Shown piece by piece: positions 1 through 11,411 of a stretch of DNA of 64,000 nucleotides (positions are counted from its first letter, which is position 1; each line of letters starts with the position of its first letter). The notes under the pieces were generated by a model. That model had not been told where the DNA came from. It searched no databases and worked only from the letters and a program-made list of their open reading frames with translations. Location: NCBI GenBank assembly GCA_951406725.2, contig OX597823.1, positions 117,552,001 to 117,616,000 on the forward strand, read 5' to 3'. The position numbers and the translations under genes are program-made. The stretch comes from Octopus vulgaris. Taxonomy: Eukaryota.

Positions 1-200
1 TGAAATGTTTAGCAGTATTTCGTCTGCCACTACGTTCTGAGTTCAAATTCCACCATGGTCGACTTTGCCTTTCATCCTTTCAGGGTTGATAAATTAAGTA
101 CCAGTTACACATTGGGGGCGATGTAATCGACTTAATCCCTTTGCCTGTCATTGTTTGTCCCCTTTATGTTTAGCTCCTTGTAGGCAATAAAGAACTAAGA
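1..200 (+). mobile_element. SINE family A (tRNA-like B-box head, 5' cut by window edge, A-rich tail)
   Basis: GAGTTCAAATTCC B-box-like motif. The body recurs at 24390, 35000, 39040, 52620, 59780, 60345 and 63910. Confidence 0.8.
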
Positions 201-477
201 TATAGAGGAGATTTGACTGCTTTTTCTAACAAGTCAATTGACCACACACTAATGCTAGTGCCACAATAAAATGTACTGAGAACACCCTGGGTGCATTTTA
301 TTGCATTTGATTAAAAGAAGAGGATCCAATCTTGGGAACCAAGTAAAAAGAAAAAAAATGGGATGATGGGGAAGAGATTGTCATTGAAGCTTTGTCTCAG
401 AAGCCAGAAATCCCTAAAAAGAACCAACTTTGATGACTCATCCAACTTATGTCAATGTGGAAAAGCGCATATAAGTG

Positions 478-590
478 GTGATGATGATGATGATGACAAT
501 GACGATGACGATGATGATGATGACAATGTTGGTGGTGGTGGTGGTGGTGATGATGATGACGAATTCGACAATGACGATGATGATGATGAT
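478..590. repeat. (GAT)n/(GAC)n/(GGT)n compound microsatellite
   Basis: Direct reading; it explains the poly-D and poly-H ORFs. Confidence 0.95.
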
Positions 591-839
591 GTTTCATGCG
601 ATATAACTATATTGTCACATGTTACAATGCAACTACAGTGTCAATCAGTTTGATGTAACTGCAGTTTCGGTTGTGTAACTATAATGATGGAGTTACAGTT
701 TTCTGTCGTAACTGTAAGCAAAGAAAGACCTGACAGCGAAAATATTGCAATAAAATTTGCTAATCTCAATCAATGAGTTCAACAAAAAGCATTTTCATGA
801 AATATATCTATCTGTAAGGTGATTCGACTAGCAACGGCT

Positions 840-1002
840 GCCAGTCATCGAATTTGATTTCGATTTTGATTTGACTTGCCTGAACAGGTCTTCGCAAGCA
901 GAGTTTAGTGTCCAATGAAGGAAAGGTACGCATAAGTGGGTTGGTTACACCCCTGGCATAGGCCATGGGTTATGGTCTCACTTGAGCTTGCCGAGTCTTC
1001 TC
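840..1002 (-). mobile_element. Probable RTE-type LINE 3' UTR fragment
   Basis: GC-richer island resembling the region upstream of the RTE-tailed repeat at 55780-55900. Family assignment is from recall, not a search. Confidence 0.35.
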
Positions 1003-1606
1003 ATTAATTTTAAAATTTAGTTGACACAAAAGCAGAGGATTTCAATAAAAATATGGTAACAATATAGGGTTAATTAGTATTGCCTTTTGGGCTAAACCCC
1101 AAGAAGTAGTATACCTTGCTGGAATGCCTTTGAACATAGCACATATTTGATTTAGAGTTGAGCTTGGGCTAAACAAAACAAACATCAATAACAACAACAA
1201 TATCAATAACAATAATATGAACAACACCAACAACATGAACATCATTAACAGCAACATCAACAACAACAACAGCAGCAGCATCCTGGTTTCGTGATGAAGT
1301 TAAACTTTTGGTTCAAGCTATTTGAACCTTCACAGATGTGAAAATTCAAGAGGAAGGTGGGGTCAGAAACAAACAACTAGGCATTAGTTTGTTTTTCTTT
1401 TACAAAAATTATCTTAGAAACACAGAGTTTTTATTTGTTACACATTATTTGTTAAATATAATCGAACATTCTACCATTCCAACTTCTAACCAGCACTTGT
1501 CAGCTGAAAAGTACAGTGATTTTGAATCTAAATTCCATCTCAGAGATTTTCTTACCATTTTTAAAGTGATGCCAAATCTCAAAGAAAATCAAAAAAGAAA
1601 CTGAAT

Positions 1607-1636
1607 TACATACATACATATATATACATACATAGA

Positions 1637-1668
<32 letters not shown>

Positions 1669-1726
1669 CATACATGCATACATATATATACATACATGCA
1701 TACATATATACATACATACATACATA

Positions 1727-1771
<45 letters not shown>
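1607..1771. repeat. (TACA)n-(TC)n-(TA)n microsatellite
   Basis: Direct reading. Confidence 0.95.
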
Positions 1772-1775
<4 letters not shown>

Positions 1776-2135
1776 ACAAAAATCTATTGAATATTTATGA
1801 TAATCTATCTATAAAATTTGTGTTTTGTTTTTTTTCTTCTGATTCTGCCATTCCGTTGGCCTTCCCTCCTCATTCAAGAACCCTTGTTTGATTTATTTTC
1901 ACGTGGATCCATCCATCAAAAACATTTAATCAAAGCAGGCCTCATTCTGCCTCTGCACTCGCTCTTGTCGAGAAGTTAGCAAGGTAATGGCATAGAATGA
2001 GATATGCACATCTAAAACAACAACAACAACAGTAATAAATGGGACAAGAAAACATGAAAAATTAAACAAAAAAATCAACAAACAGAAGAATATTGACTAA
2101 TGTTTGGGAAAAGGATGAGAGGGAAGTAAAAAAAT

Positions 2136-2251
2136 TATGTGTATGTGTGTGTGTGTATCTGTCTATGTATCTAGGTCTATCGACATATATATATATATCC
2201 ATCTGTCTTTCTCTCTCCTTCTGTGTGTATATGGGTGTGTGTGTGTGCATA

Positions 2252-2293
<42 letters not shown>

Positions 2294-2650
2294 TATGTAT
2301 GTATATGTTAAACGACGATGATGATGTTGATGATGATGATACATTTATATATATACTTGCATACTTATAGACATATATATGTGTATAAATGTATGTATAT
2401 GCATACGTATACATATATACATTCAGAGAAAGGAAGAGAGAGAGAATATAGATAGATATGTCTGTATGTGTGCATACAAAAACACACATAAGCATATGCA
2501 TATATGCATACATAGTTATATAGACAAATATTCACATACATATATATATAGCAATACACATATGTACATGTGTGTGTACACACACTCCTGCATATATATA
2601 TATATATATATATACACATGCACACATATGTACTCACACACATATGAATG
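2136..2650. repeat. Degenerate TA/TG/CA microsatellite field
   Basis: Direct reading. Confidence 0.9.
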
Positions 2651-2896
2651 TCTATAAAGTACCTTAGTTGCAGATAAATCCCAAAAATTCAATTATCTCA
2701 ACTGATTTTCTTCAGGAACATTTCAATAAAGCATTTTTTCTCCATTTTCTTTTTGTTATATTTCCTTTCATATTTTTCTATTATTTTTGTTTTTCGTATG
2801 TTTTTATGATTTATTAATTTTTTTTTTTTATTTTTGTTTGGTTGATTTCAAGGGAAAAAAAAAATATCTAACACTTGTTAAGTCAACTGAAAATCA

Positions 2897-3390
2897 GTGG
2901 TGGTTGTTGTTGTTGTTGTTGTTGTTGCTATTTTGCAGTTGTGATTGTTGTGGTGGTTGCAGTTGTGTTGTAAGTGTCATGCTGGTTGTGGTTGCAGTGA
3001 TTGTCACAGTATTGGTTGTGGTGGCTGTTGTGAATGCAGTTGTGGTGGGGGTTGTGTTGGTGGTGGTGGTGGTGTTTGTTTTTGTACTTGTTGTTTTATT
3101 GTCAGTAATTTACCGGTTGTACTGAAACTAAAGAGATAACAACATAAATGAAGATGATGATGACGACGACAATGTCGATGACAACAATAAAAATGACAAG
3201 AACAAAGATATCAAAGACAACAATGGCAGCAGGGTGGTGGTGGTGGTGGTGGCAGTCGTGGCAGCAGTGGTGGTTGCGGTGCTGGTGGTTGTGACGGGGT
3301 TGATGATGATGATGGTAATGACTACGACGGCGACGATGATAATGATGACGATGATGACGGCAACAAAGAAGAAGAAGAAGATGATGATGA
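2897..3390. repeat. Degenerate triplet repeats (GTT, GGT, GAT, GAA)
   Basis: Direct reading. Confidence 0.9.
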
Positions 3391-3684
3391 CTGGAGAGGG
3401 TTAGCATTGGCATATTCTAGAAAGAATGAGAGATATGAGGAAAGAAAGAAAGAAGAGCATGAAAAGATACAGAATTTGGAACAACAACGAAGAATGAAGC
3501 AAATATGTTTCTGACTTTCCAAAGAATTAACTTCACTGACTTCTAAGTCAGAATCCAGTTACAAATGGCATTTTATTATAGTTTCTGTTTATCTGCAGAA
3601 TGGTTCCAATCTCTGTGGGACATGTATTGTTTTGAGATAATAAGTGTTAAATGTTACCTAATATACTTTCTTTGGATAGTATAT

Positions 3685-3737
<53 letters not shown>

Positions 3738-3835
3738 AATGGTAATATAACAAAAGAATGAAAGAGACCTCGATATTATGTAAATAGAGGAAATTTATCT
3801 GTAAATGTAATATGTGACAATTATTTGGTAGCCAT

Positions 3836-3894
3836 GATAAAACTGAGTTTCGGATGCTGAGGTGGAAATCCACGCCGCCATCTCTTCAGTTATC
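3836..3894 (-). ncRNA. Type I hammerhead ribozyme motif in a Penelope-like terminal repeat
   Basis: Minus strand reads GAUAA-CUGAAGA-GAUG..UGGAUUUCCA..CAUC-CGAAAC-UCA-GUU-UUAUC: stem I GAUAA/UUAUC, core boxes and a minimal stem III. Confidence 0.7.
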
Positions 3895-4025
3895 TGGCAA
3901 ACAAACATACATGTGTTGTTGAGTCAATGGGATGTCAACTAATTACTGAGAATTTATCATTTCCTCTTCCGTTTCCAGTAATGACACTCCTCTATAGGTA
4001 GAGTCTATATAGTTGTAAAATAGGT

Positions 4026-5199
4026 GGGATCCAGACAACCCCTCCCTAGAACTACCCTAGGTCAACCCCACCACAGGAGAAAGTCACCTCAGACAAAACC
4101 CCGTCAGTAATATTCTTTGGTTATATTTTGGTTTTTTGTCTCTTTTTTACTCGTTTCAGTAACGACCCCAGAATTTCTTTATTTTCTTACTTGTCTCAGT
4201 CATTAGACTGTGGCCATGCTGGATCACTGCCTTGAAGAATTTTTTGTTGCAGAATAATCAGCATTTTAAAATTTAAAGTCTTTTGTTTTCTCCTCTCTGC
4301 ACTTAGAGATTAATCAGAATGATCTGACCTTTTGAACTTTCTCCAGCTGTTGAAGGTCTAATAGAATTATGGTCAGTGGAGTGCTGGTCATTCAAACATA
4401 CTTATTATTTCTATCTTTTCAAACATTTCTTGAAGAAAATAGTTGCTGAAGCATGGAACAAACTGCCGGCATCGGTTGTTAGTTGTCGGAGCTCTGCATC
4501 CTTCAAAACTTCCATGCTTCCTGAGATTCGCCAACACTACACCTGATTTTCTCCCCTCCATACACACACAAGCATGTATCTGACTCATATACTGTTCACT
4601 TCCCAGACATTTGCACATTACTGCATATACTTTATATGCACTTTTGACAAGTTGTGCTGCACCTGAGCCCTGTATACCAGAATTGCATTATCATATTACT
4701 TCCCATTTTGTTAAACTTCAATCAATTTGTACTTTGAGTAGTAAAGAGTCTTGTGTTCCTACTTATTTATTTTTGATTGAATATATTTTTGTTTACTAAA
4801 AAATTGGAACCGTGATTTCCATTTTTGTTTACGTGAAATTATAAAAAGAAATTAAAGAGATTTGACTGCTGTTTCTAGCATATGAAGAGACCTTTCAGAC
4901 TTAACTTCATGTGCTGGTTGAAAATCATCTAAAACATTTCTGTGGTTGATACATTCAACTAAAAATTCTTCAAGGTGGTGCCCCAGTCAAATAACTGCAA
5001 CAAGTGAAAAGGAAAAAAAAATTCTGGGGTCGATTCGTTCAACTAAAAATTCTTCAAGGTGGTGCCCCAGCATGGCCACAGTCTAATGACTGAAACGAAA
5101 AATAACCAAAAGAATGTAACCAAGGGGGTTTTGTCCACTTTTGCACTTTAACTATAGGGGTTTTGTCCTGGGGTGGGGTGGGGTGGTTGACCTACACTC
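4026..5199. mobile_element. Non-autonomous MULE-like/foldback element with a 9-bp TSD
   Basis: AAAATAGGT at 4017-4025 and 5200-5208. Inverted subterminal motifs TAGGTCAACC..GACAAAACCCC / GGGGTTTTGTC..GGTTGACCTA. Confidence 0.6.
4438..4700 (+). mobile_element. CR1/L2-group LINE 3' end
   Basis: Translates to VAEAWNKLPASVVSCRSSASFKTSM...* (stop 4544-4546), the WNxLP..FK C-terminal motif of CR1-type ORF2. Confidence 0.75.
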
Positions 5200-5749
5200 A
5201 AAATAGGTACCCCAGAGTGGCAATAACTCAGTGCTAGATACAGTAGTCGTACTCCCAAAACTGGCAAATGCTTCTCTGACTTGCTGAGTTAACTCCTGCA
5301 ATTTTAGCTTGAATGCCGTCTTGACTTTGTATTCGGGGTCAGTTGACTTGTCCCCTAGATATACTACATAAATAGGAAGTCTTTAGTAGTTCTCTAATAA
5401 TCTATTCAGGTATGGGATTCACCAATTCTTAAGAGATTGTGCTAGAACTCTCTTCCAGTTTTTGTTTAGTTGTTTTATCCCTTGACATAAGCAAAAGTTA
5501 TTGTTTTGTTTGTATATCAGCCTTTATCCAGATCTATGATCAGACACTCCATTGTGACCATCATGTCATTTGTTTGTCAGATATAACATATCTAAGATTA
5601 CCTTATCCTATGTGGCCTGGGTTTCTTTTAAGATAGTAGGGAGACTTGACTGCTATTTCTATCAGATTAAGCAACTGTAGATATTCACAATATTGCAATA
5701 AGTTCTAAGTAACATCAACTTCATATTTACCAAAAAATATTCTTATGAT

Positions 5750-5915
5750 AGGTGTAAGAGTGGCTGTGTGGTAAGTAGCTTGCTTACCGACCACATGGTT
5801 CTGGGTTCAGTCCCACTGCGTGGCACCTTGGGCAATTGTCTTCTGCTATAGCCTCCAGCTGACCAAAGCCTTGTGAGTGGATTTGGTAGACGGAAACTGA
5901 AATAAGCCTGTTGTA

Positions 5916-5972
<57 letters not shown>

Positions 5973-6200
5973 GTGTGTGTGTGTGTGTATGTTTGTGTGT
6001 CTGTGTTTGTCCCCCCAACATCGCTTGACAACCGATGCTGGTGTGTTTATGTACCCGTAACTTAGCAGTTCAGCAAAAGAGACCGATAGAATAAGTACTA
6101 GGCTTACAAAGAATAAGTCCTGGGGTCGATTTGCTCGACTAAAGGCGGTGCTCCAGCATGGCCACAGTCAAATGACTGAAACAAGTAAAAGAGTAAAGAG
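5750..6200 (+). mobile_element. SINE family B, near full length (tRNA-derived head, internal TA/TG microsatellite)
   Basis: A-box TGGCTGTGTGG, B-box GGTTCAGTCCC and an A-rich tail. More than 10 copies in the window. Confidence 0.9.
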
Positions 6201-6557
6201 TATGATAGGTTATAGGAACACAATTTCAGATGGATTCTTTATTCAACTCTGTTTCATATGAATGAGGATTGCTTCAATTCAACTCCATTTCCCATCACAG
6301 AGAAGATATTTGAAGAAAGAAAATGGACTTTCACTGTTGAAGATACTGCCAAGCTTCAAAATTAGAAGTATCTTATTCAAATTAGAAGCTTTTACCTGAC
6401 CTCATCAGTACTTTAGTCCGGTGATTATAAATTATTAGTTAAATTGGGAAATGGTGCAAATGTTTTGTAATTTGAACACTGCCTTACAAGGTAATGAAAA
6501 ACTCAATCAAATATACTAAAAAATTAGAACATTGAGCAGTAACTGTTATTTTCTATA

Positions 6558-6800
6558 TTTTACTTGTTTCAGTCATTAGACTGCGGCCATGCTGGAGCAC
6601 CTCCCTGAAGAAAGTTGAGTCAAATAAATCAACCTCAGGACTTACCAAGTCTATTGGTGGCTTTTACCAAACCATAACATAAACATACTAACACCAGTTG
6701 GCAAGCTGGGTGGGAGACAAACACACGCACACACATATACAATGGGCTTTTTTCCATTTCCGACTACCAAATCCACTCACAAGGCTTTAGTCAGCTCAGA
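6558..6800 (-). mobile_element. SINE family B, 3' part
   Basis: Reverse complement of the 5860-6190 region. Confidence 0.8.
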
Positions 6801-8710
6801 ACCATGTATATCTACACATTGTATCTTTTCATAACCAATAAACTGAGCCAGCTGTGTTTTGGTACTTGACACTGTACAGCAACGGGAATAGTGATGATTA
6901 AATGTTCCACCCACTTTGCAGTAAGAACTCAGAAAGTCTTCTGATGCCATCCACAGGCACTTTATATCCAATGAGTTAATTTCATATTAATTTCTTACAC
7001 AAATAATTGTCATAAAAATCTGGAGTTGTTTTTATGAATATATCCTTAAACTCCTATCTTTAATTGGAACCTTTGATCTTCCTGTACGTGTGTTGAACCA
7101 TTTGTTGTTATATATTTTACTAGTTATTTATTTCACTTCTAGTCTTTGTCTAGACACAAACATCTTTTATAGGTATTTTATACACAGGGTTATCAAATTA
7201 TCTGTGTGCCGTCTCCAAGGTAATTAACAATGCAACCACTCTGAACACTGAAAATTAGAATTTACATTGTTTGAGCTGAGATGGTTGCCACATCTGTTTT
7301 TGTATTGCTAGCTTTGATGTTGAAAAGAGAGTATTGTCAATGACTACTGATGGTTTATGTACTTAAAAATAACAAAGTAATCACTGTATAACCAACTGTT
7401 ATTATAACTAACATTCCCTTCTGTTAAGAACTTATTCCATAATCTAGTTTTGCTTCCTAAGGAAAATATTTCATACAACTTATACAACTTCATAACACCT
7501 TAGAGAAAAGTGTGAAAGCATATTTCCAATTTCTGCTATAGTATATGAATGGTCTTTCGCTGATTTAGTCTTTGGACTATTGCTGCTACTATTGTTGTTA
7601 TTGTTGTACTACTGCTTTTTTTTGTTTTTTGTTTTGTTTTTTTACTTCTATCATTTTGTCTTTTGAAAAACATTTTCAATTATAAGACACCCCAGCTTGG
7701 CAACATATGAACTCTGAACAGTAAATAATCAAAGTAAGTAAATTATGGAATTTGGTTCCTAAGCCATGAGTGTCTATCTCTGTCTTCATTGTCTGTGGAA
7801 TAATAATCAGAACAGTGTTATGGTTAAGCTATTAACTACAATAATGATATTCTCAGTTGCCTCTATTTGTCCTGTCAAACTCAATTCTTTTGGTCTACAA
7901 GAGAGGAAAGTGTATCAGTATTTATTGTATTCCTGTCATATTCTTTCAAACAAGAGCTTGACAATGTTGACCGATAGTGTCTCTATAATACTGCTTTGTT
8001 GAGAAAACAATTTAACATTTACCAAAGCCAATGTGTTAAAAGCCAATGCCTTTAAAATACTGACTTAGATGTCAGTATCAAATTTTGTTAGTTTTTATCT
8101 TGTCATAACATTTCATTATTGTACATGATAGAAGCTCTTCCAAATCATACTCTCAAATGATTTTATTTATCACATGATTTTATCAGATCAAGTTATCACA
8201 TAGAAAAGTGGAAAACTTTCTGGAATGTTAGATTATATTTTAATTTTATATTGTATTTGGTAGACAATAGCAACTTTGAGAGCACATTTCAGATGGGCAA
8301 ATCACTGGTTCATAGCATTTCTTATGGAGAGAGTGACAAGGGAGGATCTAATTCAATGCAAAATAAATATTTCAAAGGACTTTGTAAAACATTGATTTTC
8401 AGCTTCTATTACTTCTTGTATCATTTGCCAATATATTACAATGAATGACTTACACTTGCACACACATACACACGCATTTTTTTGGTATTATTTCTTTGCC
8501 ATTGCACATGTTTCATTTACTAATAGGAATCACAAACTTGTACATGTTGGATAAACAGGTAAGAAATTTCCTGCAAATAATATTTTCAGAATTTTCAACT
8601 CTGATACGTACCTCACATCAATACAACTACAACGACTAAATACAGTATTGTAATGCTGGAATAAGCAGATGTGCTTTAAGATAACATGGCTTAAATTTTA
8701 CTCTACCTAC

Positions 8711-8747
<37 letters not shown>

Positions 8748-9373
8748 GAACTTCAATCTTGCTTGCAATGTTGCACAGCCAAATTGGCACATAATATGAA
8801 AATACTATGAATTAAGTTTCCCTTGAAATGTGAATACAAATGGTATAAAACAAGTTTTACATAAATCAGACAACTGGCTCATGAGATATTAGGGATTCTG
8901 GGGGTATGAATACCCAAAACGGTACATAATGGGAAAATACTCCGAAAATAACTTAACCCTGAAAGGGAAGAAGATCTAACCTTTCAATTAGACACATTAG
9001 TGACTTTAACCTGACAACAAAAAAGTACAAGTTGTTTTTTTACAATAAATTTTTCTATTTTCACTTTTGCTAAACAATAATTTAATCATTTAGAAATATT
9101 TTTAAGTGTAGGTGATTTCAAAAATCTAAGTTGCTTCTACAGTAAGTATTCATATTTTAGCTTTCTCTAAACAGACAATATTTTAATGCTTTTTAAAATT
9201 ATTTTCAAGTGAATACCATTACAAAATTTTTTGGCATATTTAAAAAGTATTTTAAAGTGGAAACGACTTTAAAAATACAGTAAATATTTCATAAAAGACT
9301 TGTTTGTAACACCTCGATGTGAAATGATTTTTTCCATAGTTCTTTTTTGAGTGCATTCAACATATCTCATACC

Positions 9374-9492
9374 AAAGATTTGGCTGCTATTTCTAGCACG
9401 TCATGCTGCTACGTAACAGCTATTTCAGGTTCTTTATCACAAGTAGCTGTTACGTGGTAGTAGGGCATGCAAGAAATAGCAGCCAAATCTTT
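9374..9492. repeat. ~120-bp imperfect hairpin of the dispersed GATTTGGCTGCTATTTCTAG motif
   Basis: AAAGATTTGGCTGCTATTTCTAGCA...TGCAAGAAATAGCAGCCAAATCTTT, with inner arms ACGTAACAGCTA/TAGCTGTTACGT. Confidence 0.85.
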
Positions 9493-9549
9493 TCTTTTCT
9501 AGGGAAAGGAGCCGTTTACACGTGATTTCGATGTCACATTCATTGAAGG

Positions 9550-10319
9550 GGATCTTTTCCTTTTGAACGGCACATGTCAACACAATTTCTAGTTAACTAA
9601 ACACTTTAAAACTTCGTATACTGGTAGAATGTGTCAAAATAAAACATTTTTTCTCTTGGCTTTCTTGATAAAATTGTAATTCGTTTGTTTAACGTACTTT
9701 AATTTTTCGAATTTTAACCAATGAATTGCCTCTAATTGAGCTAAATTCATTTGCTGCGTCTAAAACTGAGACAACATCCTGTCCCCAACCCTACCCTAAA
9801 TTTTAGCCTTTATTTTTTTTTTCTTAATTGTTAAATTAATTTATGGATAACAATTAAAAAAAAAACGAAAGCAATGGAAAATAATTTAAACAATTAACAA
9901 ACAAAATAATTCTATAATTTTATACACACGCTTTCCGTACGTATACATAACGAAAGGCTAAAACGAAAGCAAAAACTCAAAACAAAAACAAAACGAATAA
10001 TTTTAGACACACGCGTAACAATTGAATTAATTTAACAATTAAGAAAAAAAAAACAAAGGCTAAAATTTAGGGTGAGGGTTAGGGTTAGTGACAGGATGTC
10101 TCAGTTTTAGACGCAGCAAATGATTTTAGCTCACTAGAGGCGATTCATTGGTTAAAATTCGAAAAATTAAACTACGTTAAACAAACAAATTACAATTTTC
10201 TCAAGAAAGCCAAGAGAAAAAAATGTTTTATTTTGACACATTCTACCAGTATACGAAGTTTTAAAGTGTTTAGTTAACTAGACATGTGTTGACGTGTGCC
10301 GTTCAAAAGGAAAAGATCC
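9550..10319. mobile_element. Foldback MITE with ~290-bp TIRs and an 8-bp TSD (Merlin- or hAT/MULE-type; superfamily uncertain)
   Basis: GGATCTTTTCCTTTTGAACGGCAC...GTGCCGTTCAAAAGGAAAAGATCC. TSD ATTGAAGG at 9542-9549 and 10320-10327. Confidence 0.92.
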
Positions 10320-10394
10320 ATTGAAGGCGTGTGAAATAACCTGGACACATGGAATGTACTCGAAAAAACCCGTGGAAAAAATTATTTCACACCA

Positions 10395-10713
10395 AAGTAC
10401 GAACAGGTCCTCACACCGGGGCGAGGCATTTTTCAATAATATTTTCTTTGAAATATTTAAAACGTCTTCCTTCCATACAGAAGGATCTGAAGACCACAGT
10501 TCGCTTTTCTATTTCTTCAGCATCAAACCCGGGTGTTATTATGATATCCCCGTCTTCTTCCTTCATCCTGGAAAAATAATCTTTCAATTCTACATTGTTC
10601 AACACAATGGTCTTTGTTTCCACAGCGAAAACGTCAGCAAATTTTTTGTTATCAACATAACTCTCATTGAGAGTGCTTTCAGAAACTTTTTCTTTTAAAA
10701 TTTCCACCGACAT
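10395..10713 (-). pseudogene. Truncated retrotransposon ORF1 N-terminus
   Basis: Aligns by eye with the ORF1 starting at 14492. Confidence 0.8.
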
Positions 10714-11185
10714 GTTTGGTCAAAATTACTGATGCACAAAAACAGTTTCACAAAAGTGTTCACAAAATTAGTTTCAATTTTTCCCCACCCCCTTTACGGG
10801 GCGAGGCACAAGAAAAAAACTTACGACGGCTTGAAAAAGGTTTCAATTGCACGAAAAAAACGTTTTTTGCCTTACCTTCCCGACAGAGAAGCAGAAAAAA
10901 TCCAAAGTACAGGTAATCCACGCAATAACAACGAATTTTGCCCCCTTTAGGGGGCGTGGCAGAAAAAAGCTTACATCGGCTTGAAAAAAAGTTTCAATGC
11001 CCAATTGAAGTTAAAAAGGTCTCTATACCTTATCGTCCCGATAGGGAACCATAACAATTTTTTAAAAACACGTATATCCACAAGAACTGCGCTCCAACGA
11101 ACACAAAGAGTTAATCCACAATGGCAAGTTATGTTTTGCTCCAAAATGGAGACTACGGTAACCTGAAGCACTCTCCAAAAATGGA
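10395..11185 (-). mobile_element. Tx1/L1-type array unit 3: 5' UTR plus start of ORF1, 3'-truncated
   Basis: The ORF from 10713 (MSVEIL..MKEEDGD..EKRTVVF..NIIEKCLAPV) is homologous to units 1 and 2. It is preceded by a target-motif copy at 11186-11201. Confidence 0.85.
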
Positions 11186-11411
11186 GGAAAGCACGCTACT
11201 TTATTTCATATAATTTGCCATTTAGGCATTTTCAAAGAGGGGACAAACATGGACAGACAAACATAAAGGGTGAAGTAGCTTAACACGGTTAAAAATTTTG
11301 AATGAAATTATGGATGAGGTTATAAACAATGAATTTTACGAAGACAATGTTTAAAAATATTACTTAATGATCATGTCGAAGAACAGACACCCAGCCATCC
11401 GGGTAGAACCT

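Noticed and set aside
363-3522. Poly-D, poly-H, poly-L/V and YI/CV-repeat ORFs (also near 19.1-19.5, 23.1, 30.0-30.6, 52.0 and 57.4 kb)
   Set aside because: These are translations of microsatellites, with no splice or domain evidence.
5750-5830. tRNA genes at SINE heads (also 18935 and 46660)
   Set aside because: A/B boxes are present but there is no complete cloverleaf, and they are always attached to SINE bodies.
7000-9300. Host exons in apparently unique AT-rich stretches (also 1850-2000, 24650-25100, 52850-54000 and 59050-59750)
   Set aside because: No sustained ORF or recognisable motif. Small exons cannot be excluded without transcript data.
10066-10090. Interstitial telomere or chromosome fusion scar
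   Set aside because: Only 3-4 degenerate units, mirrored in both TIRs of a MITE.
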